This document shows, piece after piece, positions 15,278 through 25,274 of a stretch of DNA of 64,000 bases. A model generated the notes under the pieces. That model saw only the letters and a program-made list of their open reading frames with translations, was not told the origin of the DNA and ran no database searches. Position 1 is the stretch's first letter. Each line of letters starts with the position of its first letter. The DNA is from Myxococcales bacterium (lineage in GTDB: Bacteria; Desulfobacterota; Binatia; HRBIN30), in NCBI GenBank assembly GCA_037445065.1, contig JBBILD010000008.1:423-64422 (forward strand). The letters are read 5' to 3'. Made by a program: the position numbers and the translations under genes.

Positions 15278-16432
15278 ATGCACCTGGATGAGATTTTGCG
15301 CACGGCCATCGAGCTCGAGGCGTCTGACGTCTTGCTCAAGGTGGGTGCCCCTCCCGCCCTGCGCCTCAAAACCGACATGGTGCCGTTGCCAGGTGCCGCT
15401 CCGCTCACACACGAGGACCTCGAGGCAGCTGTCGACACCGTGCTTGACGACTACCACCGACGCCGCTTCGCGGCGGAATTGCAGGCCGATTTGGCCTATG
15501 AAAACCCAACTCTTGGCCGCTTCCGGGTCAACGTCTTTCGCCAGCGGGGAAGTATGAGCGTGGTGATTCGCGTGATTCCGTCACGCGTGCGCACGGTGGC
15601 CGAGCTGAACTTGCCCCCTGCGGTGGAACGCATTGCGGAGGAACGGCGCGGCCTGATCCTGGTGACAGGAACCACAGGGAGCGGGAAGAGCACCACGCTG
15701 GCGGCGATGATTGACCACATCAACCGCACGCGCCGGGCCCATATCATCACCATTGAGGATCCGATCGAGTACACGCATCGTGATCAGCTGAGCTTCGTCA
15801 ACCAGAGAGAGGTCGGCTTCGATGCGGTCAACTTTGCCGCTGCGCTGAAAGCCGCTTTGCGCCAGAACCCTGACGTGATCCTAGTGGGCGAGATGCGGGA
15901 CTTGGAGACCATCGAGACCGCGATCTTGGCTGCCGAAACAGGCCACCTAGTGATGAGTACGCTGCACACACTGGACGCTCCTGAAACAATCACGCGCGCG
16001 ATTAGTGTATTCCCGGAGCACCAGCGCGATCAGGTGCGGTTGATTTTGGCGAGCGTGCTGAAGGGGATCATCAGTCAGCGGTTGATCCCGCGCGCCGACG
16101 GCCTCGGTATGGTCCCGGCCGTAGAGGTTTTGGTTTCGACCGCTCGCGTGCGGGAGTACATTGCGGACAAGGAGAAGCTGCGAGATTTACGCGAGGTGAT
16201 TGCTCAGGGCTACGTGAGTTACGGGATGCAGACCTTCGACCAGTCGCTGATGGCGCTTTATCAGAGTGGCTTGATCAGCCGGGAAGAGGCGCTGAAGAAT
16301 GCGAGCAACCCTGGCGACTTCGACTTGAAGTTGCGCGGTATCTCGTCCACCAGCGATACTCGTTGGGATGACTTCGAGAGACGCGAAGGGGTCGGCACGG
16401 GGGCCCCGGCCGTCTCCATCGAGCGCTTCTGA
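15278..16432 (+). CDS. pilT: Type IV pilus retraction ATPase PilT
   Basis: 384 aa. Walker A GTTGSGKSTTLAAMIDHIN. Has the PilT-specific AIRNLIREGK-like region (AISVFPEHQRDQVRLILASVLKGIISQRL), His-box and Asp-box. Confidence 0.9.
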   Translation: MHLDEILRTAIELEASDVLLKVGAPPALRLKTDMVPLPGAAPLTHEDLEAAVDTVLDDYHRRRFAAELQADLAYENPTLGRFRVNVFRQRGSMSVVIRVIPSRVRTVAELNLPPAVERIAEERRGLILVTGTTGSGKSTTLAAMIDHINRTRRAHIITIEDPIEYTHRDQLSFVNQREVGFDAVNFAAALKAALRQNPDVILVGEMRDLETIETAILAAETGHLVMSTLHTLDAPETITRAISVFPEHQRDQVRLILASVLKGIISQRLIPRADGLGMVPAVEVLVSTARVREYIADKEKLRDLREVIAQGYVSYGMQTFDQSLMALYQSGLISREEALKNASNPGDFDLKLRGISSTSDTRWDDFERREGVGTGAPAVSIERF

Positions 16433-16853
16433 GCTGCGGCGGCGCGCCTTGCGATTGCTCGCCCGGCGGGACTTCTCCGCCAACGAACTTCGCCAGCGCC
16501 TCCTCGGCCTCGCTGAGGCATCCGCGGTGGATGCGTTGCTTTTGGAGCTTGCCGCTGAGGGCTTGCTCGATGACCGCCGGGCCGCCACGCAGCGGGCCCG
16601 CAGGTGGGCCGAACGCGGGTACGGCCGCGCCCGTGCGGAGCAGGACCTCCAAGCGCGGGGCTTTGCCGAGGATGCCATCGAGTTCGCCTTGAACGAGTGG
16701 TTCGCGGACGAGTGGAGCAATGCGCAACGCGTCCTGAGCCGCAAGTTTCCGGCGCTCGCGCGCCGAGAGACGCGCGTGCAGGCGGCGCGGTTCCTGCTGC
16801 GGCGCGGTTTCGCAGAGGACGTTGTCGTGGCCTTACTGGGCGACAGCTGCTAA
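16368..16853 (+). CDS. recX: Recombination regulator RecX
   Basis: Three-repeat helical RecX fold (RRRALRLLARRDFSANELRQRL...). The ATG at 16368 overlaps the pilT 3' end by 65 nt. An in-frame TTG near 16444 is an alternative start. Confidence 0.75.
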   Translation: MTSRDAKGSARGPRPSPSSASELRRRALRLLARRDFSANELRQRLLGLAEASAVDALLLELAAEGLLDDRRAATQRARRWAERGYGRARAEQDLQARGFAEDAIEFALNEWFADEWSNAQRVLSRKFPALARRETRVQAARFLLRRGFAEDVVVALLGDSC

Positions 16854-16866
16854 GCGAGCAACGACG

Positions 16867-19512
16867 ATGACCGGGTCGCAAATCCGCGAGCAGTTTATCG
16901 AGTTCTTTGTCCGCCGAGGCCATGAATTCGTGCCCAGTGCGTCGCTGGTGCCCGAAAACGACCCCACACTGTTGTTTACCAATGCCGGCATGGTTCAGTT
17001 CAAAAACGTCTTTCTTGGTACCGAGCGGCGGGAGAACCCGCGTGCGGTAAACGCACAGCGCTGCCTGCGCCTGAGTGGCAAGCACAACGACCTCGAGGAA
17101 GTTGGGCACGACGGCTACCACCACACGTTTTTCGAGATGCTCGGGAATTGGTCGTTCGGCGATTATTATAAGCGCGAGGCCATTCGCTGGGCGTGGGAGC
17201 TGCTCACCGCCGTGTGGCGGCTACCGAAAGAGCGGCTATACGCAACCGTTTTCCGCACCGATGACGAGGCGCATGCCCTCTGGGAGCAAGAGACGGACAT
17301 TACTCGCGACCACATCCTTCGGTTCGACGAAAAGGACAACTTTTGGGAAATGGGTGAAGTCGGGCCGTGTGGGCCTTGTTCGGAAATCCACATCGACCGA
17401 GGTGCGGGCCTGTGCGATCGTGCTCACGTCCCCGGACATGTGTGCCGGGTCAATGGCGGCTGCGCTCGGTTTATCGAACTCTGGAACCTGGTCTTTATCC
17501 AATTCAATCGTGACGAGCGCGGTGAACTCCATGAACTGTCTGCCAAACACGTCGACACGGGCATGGGTCTCGAACGGATCACTGCTGTGCTGCAGGGGGT
17601 CCCTTCGAACTACGACACCGATCTCTTCCGCCCCTTGATCTCCTTCATTGAACGGGAAAGTGGGCGTAGCTATGGCACGCGCGCGGAGGACGACGTAGCG
17701 TTCCGCGTTCTCGCCGACCACAGCCGCGCGATTTCGTTTTTGATTTGCGATGGTGTGCGGCCGGGCAACGAAGGGCGTGCCTACGTGCTGCGCAGGCTAC
17801 TGCGCCGTGCCGCGCGCCATGCCCGGCACTTGGGTTTCCGCGACCCGTTTTTATGGCGCCTCACGGGAGCAGTCATCGAAATTCTCGGCTCTGCCTACCC
17901 GGAGATCGTTCCGCAACAGGCCGAGATTGAACGGGTGGTACGTCTCGAAGAGGAACGGTTCACGGAGACTTTGGATAAGGGTCTCGCATTACTCGAGGAG
18001 GAGCGGGCACGTTTGCGTGCCGAAGGAAAACGCTTGCTCGCCGGGGACGTGGCGTTCCGCCTCTACGACACGTACGGCTTCCCCCTCGATATGACCCAGG
18101 ACATTTTGCGGGCCGATGGAATCGAGGTGGACGTGGCAGGTTTCGAGCGCTGTATGGAAGAGCAGCGCAGCCGCGCCCGCCAGGCACGGAAAACCGCAGC
18201 CGAGCAATGGGAACTGGCGGCCGAGGCCTTCGCGACAGCGTTGCGCGCCCCGACCCGCTTTCTCGGTGACTTTGTTTACGAAGCAGAATCGGAAGTGCTC
18301 GCCCTGCACAGCGAGGGGAGCGATCGTGCGGAAGTTCGCGAGGGCGAACACGTGCACGTCGTCACCGCTGAGACGCCTTTTTATCCCGAAGGTGGCGGGC
18401 AAGTGGGTGACCGCGGCCTGATCGAGACGGAGGGAGGGGATTGTGTCGAAGTCCTCGATACGCAGAAGGCTCGCGGTGACCTCATCGTGCACATCGGGCG
18501 GGTGTTGCGCGGGAGAATCCGCCGTGGGGATCGCGTGCGCCTGCGGGTGGACCGCGAGCGGCGAGACGCCGCGCGGCTGAATCATTCTGCGACCCACATC
18601 TTGCACGCTGTGCTGCGCGAGCGCCTGGGCAAAGAGGTGCGGCAGGCCGGCTCTTTGGTGGCGCCGGACCGCTTGCGCTTTGACTTCACGTACGGTGCTC
18701 CTGTCCCTGAACCTGAGCTCGCGGCCATCGAGCGAGAGGTGAACGCACGGATTCGCAGCAATGACCCGGTGTGGTGCGAAGAAATGCCGTACGACGAGGC
18801 TCTGCGCCGGGGCGCTCTGGCGTTCTTTGGCGAAAAATACGGTGACGTCGTGCGCGTTGTGCGCATTGGGGAATATTCGACGGAGCTGTGCGGCGGCACG
18901 CACGTGCGCCGCAGTGGGGACATCGGCTTGTTTAAGTTGCGCGAGGAAGCGGGCGTGGCCGCTGGCGTGCGGCGGATCGAGGCGTTGACTGGTGAGGGTG
19001 CGTGGCGGTGGCTTCACGAGCGCGAGCGGCTGCTCCGCGAAGCCCGCGAACTGCTGCACGCACCGGAGGCCGAATTGGTCGAACGGCTGGAGAAAATCCT
19101 GGCACAGCAGCGGGAGGCAGAACGCCAGCTCAAGCAGCTCCAAAGCCAGTTGGCGAGTTCGCAGAGCGAGGATTTGTCGCGCCAGGCTCGCCAGGTCAAC
19201 GGTGTCCGTGTCCTCGCCTCCGAAGTGGAAGGGCTCGACGACGAGGCGCTGCGCCACCTCGCCGACCGCTTGCGCGACCAATTGGGTTCGGCCGTGATCG
19301 CCTTGGGGACCCGGCGTGGAGACCGGGCGGTGTTATTGGTCGCAGTGAGCAAAGACCTTGCGAGCCGGTTCCACGCCGGCAAAATTGTCAAACAGATTGC
19401 ACCATTGATTGGTGGCGGCGGTGGTGGCAAAGCAGATTTTGCCCAGGCTGGTGGGAAGCATCCAGAAAAACTGAAAGAAGCGCTGGAGGTGGTTTACCAA
19501 CTTGTCGTTTGA
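16867..19512 (+). CDS. alaS: Alanine--tRNA ligase
   Basis: About 880 aa. Class-II core (FTNAGMVQFK, HHTFFEMLGNWSFGDYYK). Editing-domain HxxxH/CxxxH motifs (HSATHILHAV, CGGTHV). C-terminal DHHA1 GGGGG motif. Confidence 0.95.
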   Translation: MTGSQIREQFIEFFVRRGHEFVPSASLVPENDPTLLFTNAGMVQFKNVFLGTERRENPRAVNAQRCLRLSGKHNDLEEVGHDGYHHTFFEMLGNWSFGDYYKREAIRWAWELLTAVWRLPKERLYATVFRTDDEAHALWEQETDITRDHILRFDEKDNFWEMGEVGPCGPCSEIHIDRGAGLCDRAHVPGHVCRVNGGCARFIELWNLVFIQFNRDERGELHELSAKHVDTGMGLERITAVLQGVPSNYDTDLFRPLISFIERESGRSYGTRAEDDVAFRVLADHSRAISFLICDGVRPGNEGRAYVLRRLLRRAARHARHLGFRDPFLWRLTGAVIEILGSAYPEIVPQQAEIERVVRLEEERFTETLDKGLALLEEERARLRAEGKRLLAGDVAFRLYDTYGFPLDMTQDILRADGIEVDVAGFERCMEEQRSRARQARKTAAEQWELAAEAFATALRAPTRFLGDFVYEAESEVLALHSEGSDRAEVREGEHVHVVTAETPFYPEGGGQVGDRGLIETEGGDCVEVLDTQKARGDLIVHIGRVLRGRIRRGDRVRLRVDRERRDAARLNHSATHILHAVLRERLGKEVRQAGSLVAPDRLRFDFTYGAPVPEPELAAIEREVNARIRSNDPVWCEEMPYDEALRRGALAFFGEKYGDVVRVVRIGEYSTELCGGTHVRRSGDIGLFKLREEAGVAAGVRRIEALTGEGAWRWLHERERLLREARELLHAPEAELVERLEKILAQQREAERQLKQLQSQLASSQSEDLSRQARQVNGVRVLASEVEGLDDEALRHLADRLRDQLGSAVIALGTRRGDRAVLLVAVSKDLASRFHAGKIVKQIAPLIGGGGGGKADFAQAGGKHPEKLKEALEVVYQLVV

Positions 19513-20542
19513 AACGGAAATTTTGGACGTTGCAGTCGAAGAACCTCGTTCGAGGACGGAAGTTTCTTTTTCGAACCCGCGCGTTTTCCAGGAACTCTTG
19601 GGCCAGCACGATGAGCATCTAAAGCTGGTCGAGAAACTTCTTGACGTGCGGGTGGAAGTGTCGGGCACGAGCTTACAGATTCGCGGCGATCGGGTTGCGG
19701 AAGAGTTAGCCGCGCGGGTGTTCAGTCAGCTCTACGCAGTGGTCGAGAAGGGGTACCCGATTTATCCCTCCGACATTGACTACGCGGTTCGGATCTTGAG
19801 CCGCGACCGCATGGCCAACCTGCGTGACATCTTTTTGGACACCGTATACATCTCTGCCCACAAACGCATCATCACGCCGAAGAGCGTGGCGCAAAAGGAG
19901 TACATTGACGCCATTCGCGAGTACGACATTGTGTTTGGAATCGGTCCTGCCGGCACCGGGAAAACCTATCTGGCCATGGCGATGGCTGTAGCCGAACTCA
20001 TGAAGAACAATTTTGCGCGCATGATTCTGACGCGACCAGCGGTGGAAGCCGGCGAAAAACTCGGTTTCTTGCCTGGGGACCTGGTGGAGAAAGTAAACCC
20101 GTACTTGCGTCCCCTGTACGATGCCTTGCACGACATGGTGGACTTCGACCGCGCGCAGAAAATGATCGAGCGGGGCGTGATCGAAGTGGCTCCTCTCGCC
20201 TTCATGCGCGGCCGTACACTGAACGACTCGTTCGTGATCCTCGATGAGGCGCAGAACACCACTAGCGAGCAGATGAAAATGTTCCTGACCCGCTTGGGAT
20301 ACGGGTCCAAGGCGGTCATCACCGGCGACGTGACGCAAATTGATTTGCCCGCCGGTCGGCCCTCCGGCCTCAAAGAGGCGCAGCAGGTGCTCAAGGGTGT
20401 AGAAGGGATCAAGTTCTGCTTGTTCAGCGAGAAGGATGTTGTGCGACACCGCCTCGTGCAGGACATCATCGCGGCCTACGATCGTTACGAAGGCCGCCGG
20501 AAGGCCCAAGAATCGAAGGGTCCAGAGCCTGAGGAACGTTGA
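19502..20542 (+). CDS. ybeZ: PhoH-like ATPase (YbeZ family) with N-terminal KH-like domain
   Basis: Walker A GPAGTGKTYLAMAMAV and PhoH signature (VILDEAQNTT...ITGDVTQIDLP). Overlaps the alaS 3' end by 11 nt. Confidence 0.9.
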   Translation: MSFETEILDVAVEEPRSRTEVSFSNPRVFQELLGQHDEHLKLVEKLLDVRVEVSGTSLQIRGDRVAEELAARVFSQLYAVVEKGYPIYPSDIDYAVRILSRDRMANLRDIFLDTVYISAHKRIITPKSVAQKEYIDAIREYDIVFGIGPAGTGKTYLAMAMAVAELMKNNFARMILTRPAVEAGEKLGFLPGDLVEKVNPYLRPLYDALHDMVDFDRAQKMIERGVIEVAPLAFMRGRTLNDSFVILDEAQNTTSEQMKMFLTRLGYGSKAVITGDVTQIDLPAGRPSGLKEAQQVLKGVEGIKFCLFSEKDVVRHRLVQDIIAAYDRYEGRRKAQESKGPEPEER

Positions 20543-20571
20543 GCGGGCCTTGCTCGCCGGTCGTTCGTTCT

Positions 20572-21009
20572 ATGGGCGTTGAGTTTGTCGTCCGTTGCCG
20601 TGTGCCTGGGATGCGCTTGCGCGCGCTGCGCCGCTTTGCTGCTGGCGCGCTGCAGCGGTTGGGGGAAGGAGATGCCGAGGTCGCCGTGACGTTTGTCTCG
20701 AACCGGGAAATGCGCGCTTTGAACCGGCGCTACCGCGGCAAGGACCGACCGACCGACGTGCTCGCCTTCCCGGCTAGAGAGGGTGAGCCAACGCCAGGCG
20801 AAGAGGGATTGTTGGGGGACGTGGTCATTGCCGTGCGGGTAGCACAGCAGCAGGCAGTTTCTCAGGGGCGCTCGCTAGCCGAGGAGTTACAGATGCTGCT
20901 CGTGCACGGAGTGTTGCATCTCTTGGGTTACGATCACGAGCGCTCAGCCGCGGAAGCGCGGCAGATGCGCCGCAAGGAACGCTGGCTCCTCAGCGTGGCA
21001 GGAACCTAG
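20572..21009 (+). CDS. ybeY: rRNA maturation endoribonuclease YbeY
   Basis: Zinc-binding H-x-x-x-H-x-x-x-x-x-H motif (HGVLHLLGYDH). Typical phoH-ybeY linkage. Confidence 0.85.
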   Translation: MGVEFVVRCRVPGMRLRALRRFAAGALQRLGEGDAEVAVTFVSNREMRALNRRYRGKDRPTDVLAFPAREGEPTPGEEGLLGDVVIAVRVAQQQAVSQGRSLAEELQMLLVHGVLHLLGYDHERSAAEARQMRRKERWLLSVAGT

Positions 21010-21182
21010 CGCACCTCCGCTGCCCGGGCTCGGCGCTCAGCCTGCGCCGGTTGAGCCCAATTGGTCCCGCCCCCCAAACACCGCGAGCGGACTAGCCTCA
21101 GCGTGAAGCCCCTGCTGCGTGGTTAGCGCGGCGCTTGAGCAGGTTTAGCGATTCTGATTGAGTAAGCTGTGGGTTCTGCCCG

Positions 21183-22523
21183 GTGGCAAACGGTGAAGCG
21201 CGGCAGGTAAGCGGCGGCATGGCTTGGGGCGATCGCGAGGCCTTGTACAGAGAGTACCGCCGACAGCAGCTTGCCGACCAGGTGCCGCAAGTGGCCGTGG
21301 TTCTGTTCTTCGTATCCGTGTTGTTCGTCGTTTTCCTCGGCTTGCTTGCGTTTCCCCGCCTCTATGACCAGCGCTGGAACTTGCCCTTGCTGATCTTGGC
21401 GCCGGGCCTGTGCTGGTTGGCGGCAAGGCGTTGGCCGGCGTGGAACCGGGCCCACCCCTATGTGCTGCCGGTCCTGACGGACGCCATGTATACTTCCGGC
21501 GTAGTTGCTGCTCTGTATGCGCCGAGTACCCCCACCTCGGGTACCGCCCTGTTCGTCACGGTGAAGATGCTGTCGAGTTCGATGCTCGTTCCGTGGCATC
21601 CGGCCGTGCAAACGATCTCGGCAGCAATGACGCTCTCGCTCTATTGGACCCTGGCGTTGGCCACGGGGCGTCTTTTCCCCGGCAGTCAGGAGCTTCCCCA
21701 TCAGCTTACCGGTCCACTGTTCGGCGCCTTGATTAGCGTGATCGTGAGCCTGCGTGCGGAGTCGTTGCGGCGGAAGGTGTTCGAAGAAAGGCAGCAGCGT
21801 GAAGAGCAGGCCCGAGTCAACGCTCAGTTTGCAAGCGTCATGTCGCACGAGCTGCGCAACTTGCTGGCGGCGGTCCTCGGCTACAACGAGATCCTGCGAG
21901 AGGAACTAGGGCAGCTCGCAACGGCACAGGTCCGAGAGGCACTCGAGCGGCAAGCGGTCGTAGCTCGCCAGAGCCTCGAAGTGATCGGCGTGACCTTGGA
22001 ACTCAGTCGCGGAACTTTGGCGAGCGTGCCACCCGAAGAGCCGATCGACACGCTGCAAGTTCTCGACGAGTTACAAAGCGAGTACGCACTGCGCGTGTTG
22101 CCAGAAAAGCTGGTACTGCGCTGGGACTTTTCGCCGGACTTGCCGAGGCTGCGTGCGGACCCGGTGAAGCTCAAAATGATTTTGCGCAACCTCATTGATA
22201 ATGGTCTCAAGTTCACGCCGGAGGGCGAGGTCCGAGTGCGCGTCCGCCCACTTCTGGAAGAGCTGGTGTTCGAAGTATGCGACACCGGCATTGGGATCCC
22301 GGGCGAGCTGCAGCCCTTCATTTTCGAGCCCTTTCAGCAGGCTCACGATGAGAGCCGGGGCCGTGGTGGTGTGGGTTTGGGGCTATACGTGGCAAGCCGC
22401 CTCGCTGAACTGATGGAGGGCAGCCTGACGGTGCAAAGCGAGCCTGGTAAGGGGAGTTGTTTCGAGCTGCGTATTCCGTTGCACCCACGGATGAAGCGGG
22501 CGGAGGAAGCCCGGTTCACCTAA
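21183..22523 (+). CDS. Membrane-bound sensor histidine kinase (orphan; no adjacent response regulator)
   Basis: N-terminal multi-TM region. HisKA H-box (FASVMSHELRNLLAAVLGY). HATPase_c N/G boxes (LRNLIDNGLKFT, DTGIGIP, GGVGLGLYVA). Confidence 0.85.
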   Translation: MANGEARQVSGGMAWGDREALYREYRRQQLADQVPQVAVVLFFVSVLFVVFLGLLAFPRLYDQRWNLPLLILAPGLCWLAARRWPAWNRAHPYVLPVLTDAMYTSGVVAALYAPSTPTSGTALFVTVKMLSSSMLVPWHPAVQTISAAMTLSLYWTLALATGRLFPGSQELPHQLTGPLFGALISVIVSLRAESLRRKVFEERQQREEQARVNAQFASVMSHELRNLLAAVLGYNEILREELGQLATAQVREALERQAVVARQSLEVIGVTLELSRGTLASVPPEEPIDTLQVLDELQSEYALRVLPEKLVLRWDFSPDLPRLRADPVKLKMILRNLIDNGLKFTPEGEVRVRVRPLLEELVFEVCDTGIGIPGELQPFIFEPFQQAHDESRGRGGVGLGLYVASRLAELMEGSLTVQSEPGKGSCFELRIPLHPRMKRAEEARFT

Positions 22524-22546
22524 GATTAGGGGAGACGATGTGGGGG

Positions 22547-23944
22547 CTACTGGTGGCTCGGGCTCGGAGCGCCAGCCCCATCCTCCGCAAAAAGGGTGTG
22601 CGAGTTCGAGCTGCTCACCTGTACCCAAACCCGCTCCCCGATCCTGCGGCCCTGGCCGCTGGGTAGCACGCAGGTTTTAAACTGGGGCGTTTTTCCCGCC
22701 AGCCAGCCTTCCTTTCGTCGCGCCGGCCCTTCGATCAGAACTTCAACCGTTCGCCCGATCCAAGCGCGATTCCGTTCCGCGGCGATTTGCTCGTGCAAAG
22801 CAATGACCTCTTGCAGCCTTCGCTGCTTTTCCTCGGGCGACACGGTCTCGGCCCACCGTGCGGCTTTGGTGCCGGGACGAGCAGAGTATTGAAACATGAA
22901 CATTTGGTCGAACCGCACCTCGCGTATCAGCGCCAGGGTGGCCTCGAAATCCTCTTCTTCCTCGCCAGGGAAGCCCACGATGATGTCTGTACTGATCGCC
23001 AGCTCGGGCTTGGCGGCGCGCAGCCGCTCCACAAGACGAAGGAACTCTTCCACCCGGTAGCCGCGCTCCATGCGCGCCAGTACTCGGTCCGAGCCCGACT
23101 GCACGGGCAAGTGGATCTGGGGGCAGACCTTCTCGCACGTGGCGAACGCTTCGATGGCAGACTCGGTCATGTCTGCGGGGTGCGGCGACGTGAAGCGGAT
23201 GCGCCAAAGACCTTCGATCGCGTTTGCGCACCGCAGGAGGGTGCCAAAATCCGTTTCTCCGTCGCGGTACGCGTTCACTGTCTGCCCGAGAAACACCACC
23301 TCACGGTATCCTTCAGCCACTAAGCGGTTCACCTCGTCCAAGACCACGGCCGCTGGCAAACTACGCTCGCGGCCTCGCACATAGGGCACAACGCAAAAGG
23401 TGCAAAACTTGTCGCACCCGCGCATGATGGTGAGCCAGGCTCGTACCCCACGCTCTCGCTGTGCGGGCAGGTCGGCGTATGTTTCTGTACGGTCGAGCCG
23501 GGTGTTAACGAGTAGCTCGCCTTGGCTTTCCTCGAGCTGCTCGGGAAGACGGCGGTAGCCGTCGGGTCCGACCACGAAATCCACGAAGGGCAAGCGATGG
23601 AGCAGCCGGTCGCGCACGTGTTGGGCCATGCAGCCGACGATGCCGAGCTGTAGCTCTGGACGCTCCGCCTTGTAGCGAAACAAATCCCCGAGACGGCCCA
23701 CAACCCTCTCTTCCGCGTGCTCGCGAATGGCGCACGTATTCAGCACGACGACGTCGGCCTCGCGGGGGTGATCAGCGCGGTCGTAGCCGGCACGGGCAAA
23801 CTGGCCGAGCAAGAGTTCGCTGTCCGCTAGGTTCATCTGGCACCCGTAGGTCTCGATCCAAACCCGTCGGCGCCGCTGGGTCGAACGCGAAAGGAGGTGG
23901 CAGTCGGTCACGGCACTGGCTCCGTTGACGAACAAGTCTTGCAC
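22547..23944 (-). CDS. miaB: tRNA-2-methylthio-N6-dimethylallyladenosine synthase (radical SAM methylthiotransferase)
   Basis: UPF0004 N-terminus (WIETYGCQMNLADSE). Radical-SAM cluster (CDKFCTFCVVP). C-terminal TRAM domain. The annotated N-terminal ~25 aa may be over-extension. Confidence 0.88.
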   Translation of the reverse strand: MQDLFVNGASAVTDCHLLSRSTQRRRRVWIETYGCQMNLADSELLLGQFARAGYDRADHPREADVVVLNTCAIREHAEERVVGRLGDLFRYKAERPELQLGIVGCMAQHVRDRLLHRLPFVDFVVGPDGYRRLPEQLEESQGELLVNTRLDRTETYADLPAQRERGVRAWLTIMRGCDKFCTFCVVPYVRGRERSLPAAVVLDEVNRLVAEGYREVVFLGQTVNAYRDGETDFGTLLRCANAIEGLWRIRFTSPHPADMTESAIEAFATCEKVCPQIHLPVQSGSDRVLARMERGYRVEEFLRLVERLRAAKPELAISTDIIVGFPGEEEEDFEATLALIREVRFDQMFMFQYSARPGTKAARWAETVSPEEKQRRLQEVIALHEQIAAERNRAWIGRTVEVLIEGPARRKEGWLAGKTPQFKTCVLPSGQGRRIGERVWVQVSSSNSHTLFAEDGAGAPSPSHQ

Positions 23945-24193
23945 CGTATAACGCTGGCGTGCCAGGGTGACAACGCGGAGAACCTATGACCTGGCGAAGT
24001 ATGGACGTGCACGAAGCGAGCATCCTTTTCTCGTGGCGCCGCAGCGTGGCGCTGCGAGCGCGCAGGCGAGAGAGGCACATGGGCCTGCGGGGCAACAGAG
24101 TCCAGCACCTGCGTGGCCCGGCGTGCGGGCACGCTGTGCAGCCCGCAACTTGGCAGTGCCGCAACGCTGTGCGTTAGAATCGGGGGTAGCCCC

Positions 24194-25159
24194 ATGGCCA
24201 GGGAAGTGGCGCGGGCACTGGAGCGGACGGCGGGAACAGCACCGCGGCTGGTTTCCCTGCTCCCCGCCGCCACGGAATGGGTGTATGCGCTTGGATGCGG
24301 CGACTGGTTAGTAGGCGTTTCCCACGAGTGCGACTACCCGCCGGCAGTGCGGCAATTACCCGTGCTTACTTCCACTCGGGTGAATCAGAATGGCAGTTGC
24401 GCTGAGATTGACCAGCAGGTGCGTGCAGGAACAGCTTCCCAGGAAAGCTTGTACGAACTCGATACAGCTCGACTGCGCGAGCTTGCTCCCGATCTCATTT
24501 TGGTTCAGGAGACATGCAAAGTTTGTGGGGTTTCCGCGGCGTGGTTGCGCTCTGCCTTGGGAAGCGAACTGGCCGCGCGCACGGCAGTGCTGTCATTCAC
24601 CGCTCGGGACCTCAGTGGGATTTACGCAGACGTGGCCCGCCTCGGCGCCGCGTTGCGTTGCGAAGAGCGAGCCGCCGCGGCAGTGCAAGCGCTGGAGCGC
24701 GAAGTCCAACAAATCCGCTGGCGCAGTCAGCGAGCGCGCTATCGCCCTCGGGTATTGTGCCTGGAGTGGATCGAGCCCCCGATCGTGGCCGGTCATTGGA
24801 TTCCGGAGCTAGTGGAGAACGCGGGAGGCCAAACGGTCTTGGCGCAGAGCGGCCAGCCGGGACGGCGGGTCGCGTGGGCGGACATCCGAGAAAGCCAACC
24901 AGAGGTTGTGATCCTTATGCCCTGTGGCTTTTCGCTTGCGCGGGTCATGCAAGAAGTGGAGCGGTGGGTGCGGCCGGCGGAATGGTGGAGCCTGCCCGCG
25001 GTGGAAAACGGCCGCATCTACGCGGTGGAGAGCAACGCCTTCCTGAACCGGCCCGGCCCTCGCATCCGGGAGAGCGCTAGACTCTTGGCAGGAGTAATCC
25101 AACCGGCGCTGTTCGCCTCCTTGGTGCCTGACGCTTCGGTGAGCCGCTTCGACCGTTGA
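24194..25159 (+). CDS. BtuF/FhuD-like (class 8) cobalamin/siderophore-type substrate-binding protein, without obvious signal peptide
   Basis: Motifs LPAATEWVYALGCGDWLVGVSHECDYP, LAPDLILVQ, VVILMPCGF match the BtuF-like fold. No cognate ABC permease or ATPase gene is adjacent. Confidence 0.7.
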   Translation: MAREVARALERTAGTAPRLVSLLPAATEWVYALGCGDWLVGVSHECDYPPAVRQLPVLTSTRVNQNGSCAEIDQQVRAGTASQESLYELDTARLRELAPDLILVQETCKVCGVSAAWLRSALGSELAARTAVLSFTARDLSGIYADVARLGAALRCEERAAAAVQALEREVQQIRWRSQRARYRPRVLCLEWIEPPIVAGHWIPELVENAGGQTVLAQSGQPGRRVAWADIRESQPEVVILMPCGFSLARVMQEVERWVRPAEWWSLPAVENGRIYAVESNAFLNRPGPRIRESARLLAGVIQPALFASLVPDASVSRFDR

Positions 25160-25274
25160 GCAGTTGGTGACCGAGTCCGAGCCGAGCAACGGTGAGGGAA
25201 GAAGCCGCCGCCTCTTTTCACTCGTAGGGTTGAACAAAGGCGGCTCTCGGCGGGCGCCCGCAAACAGGGATCGG

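Noticed and set aside
21123-21848. 241-aa minus-strand ORF
   Set aside because: Antisense to the histidine-kinase gene. Low-complexity, no start context.
23945-24193. Cobalamin riboswitch upstream of the BtuF-like gene
   Set aside because: No B12-box (GCCACTG) or the conserved AGGGAA/GGTGC elements were seen in the 250-bp leader.
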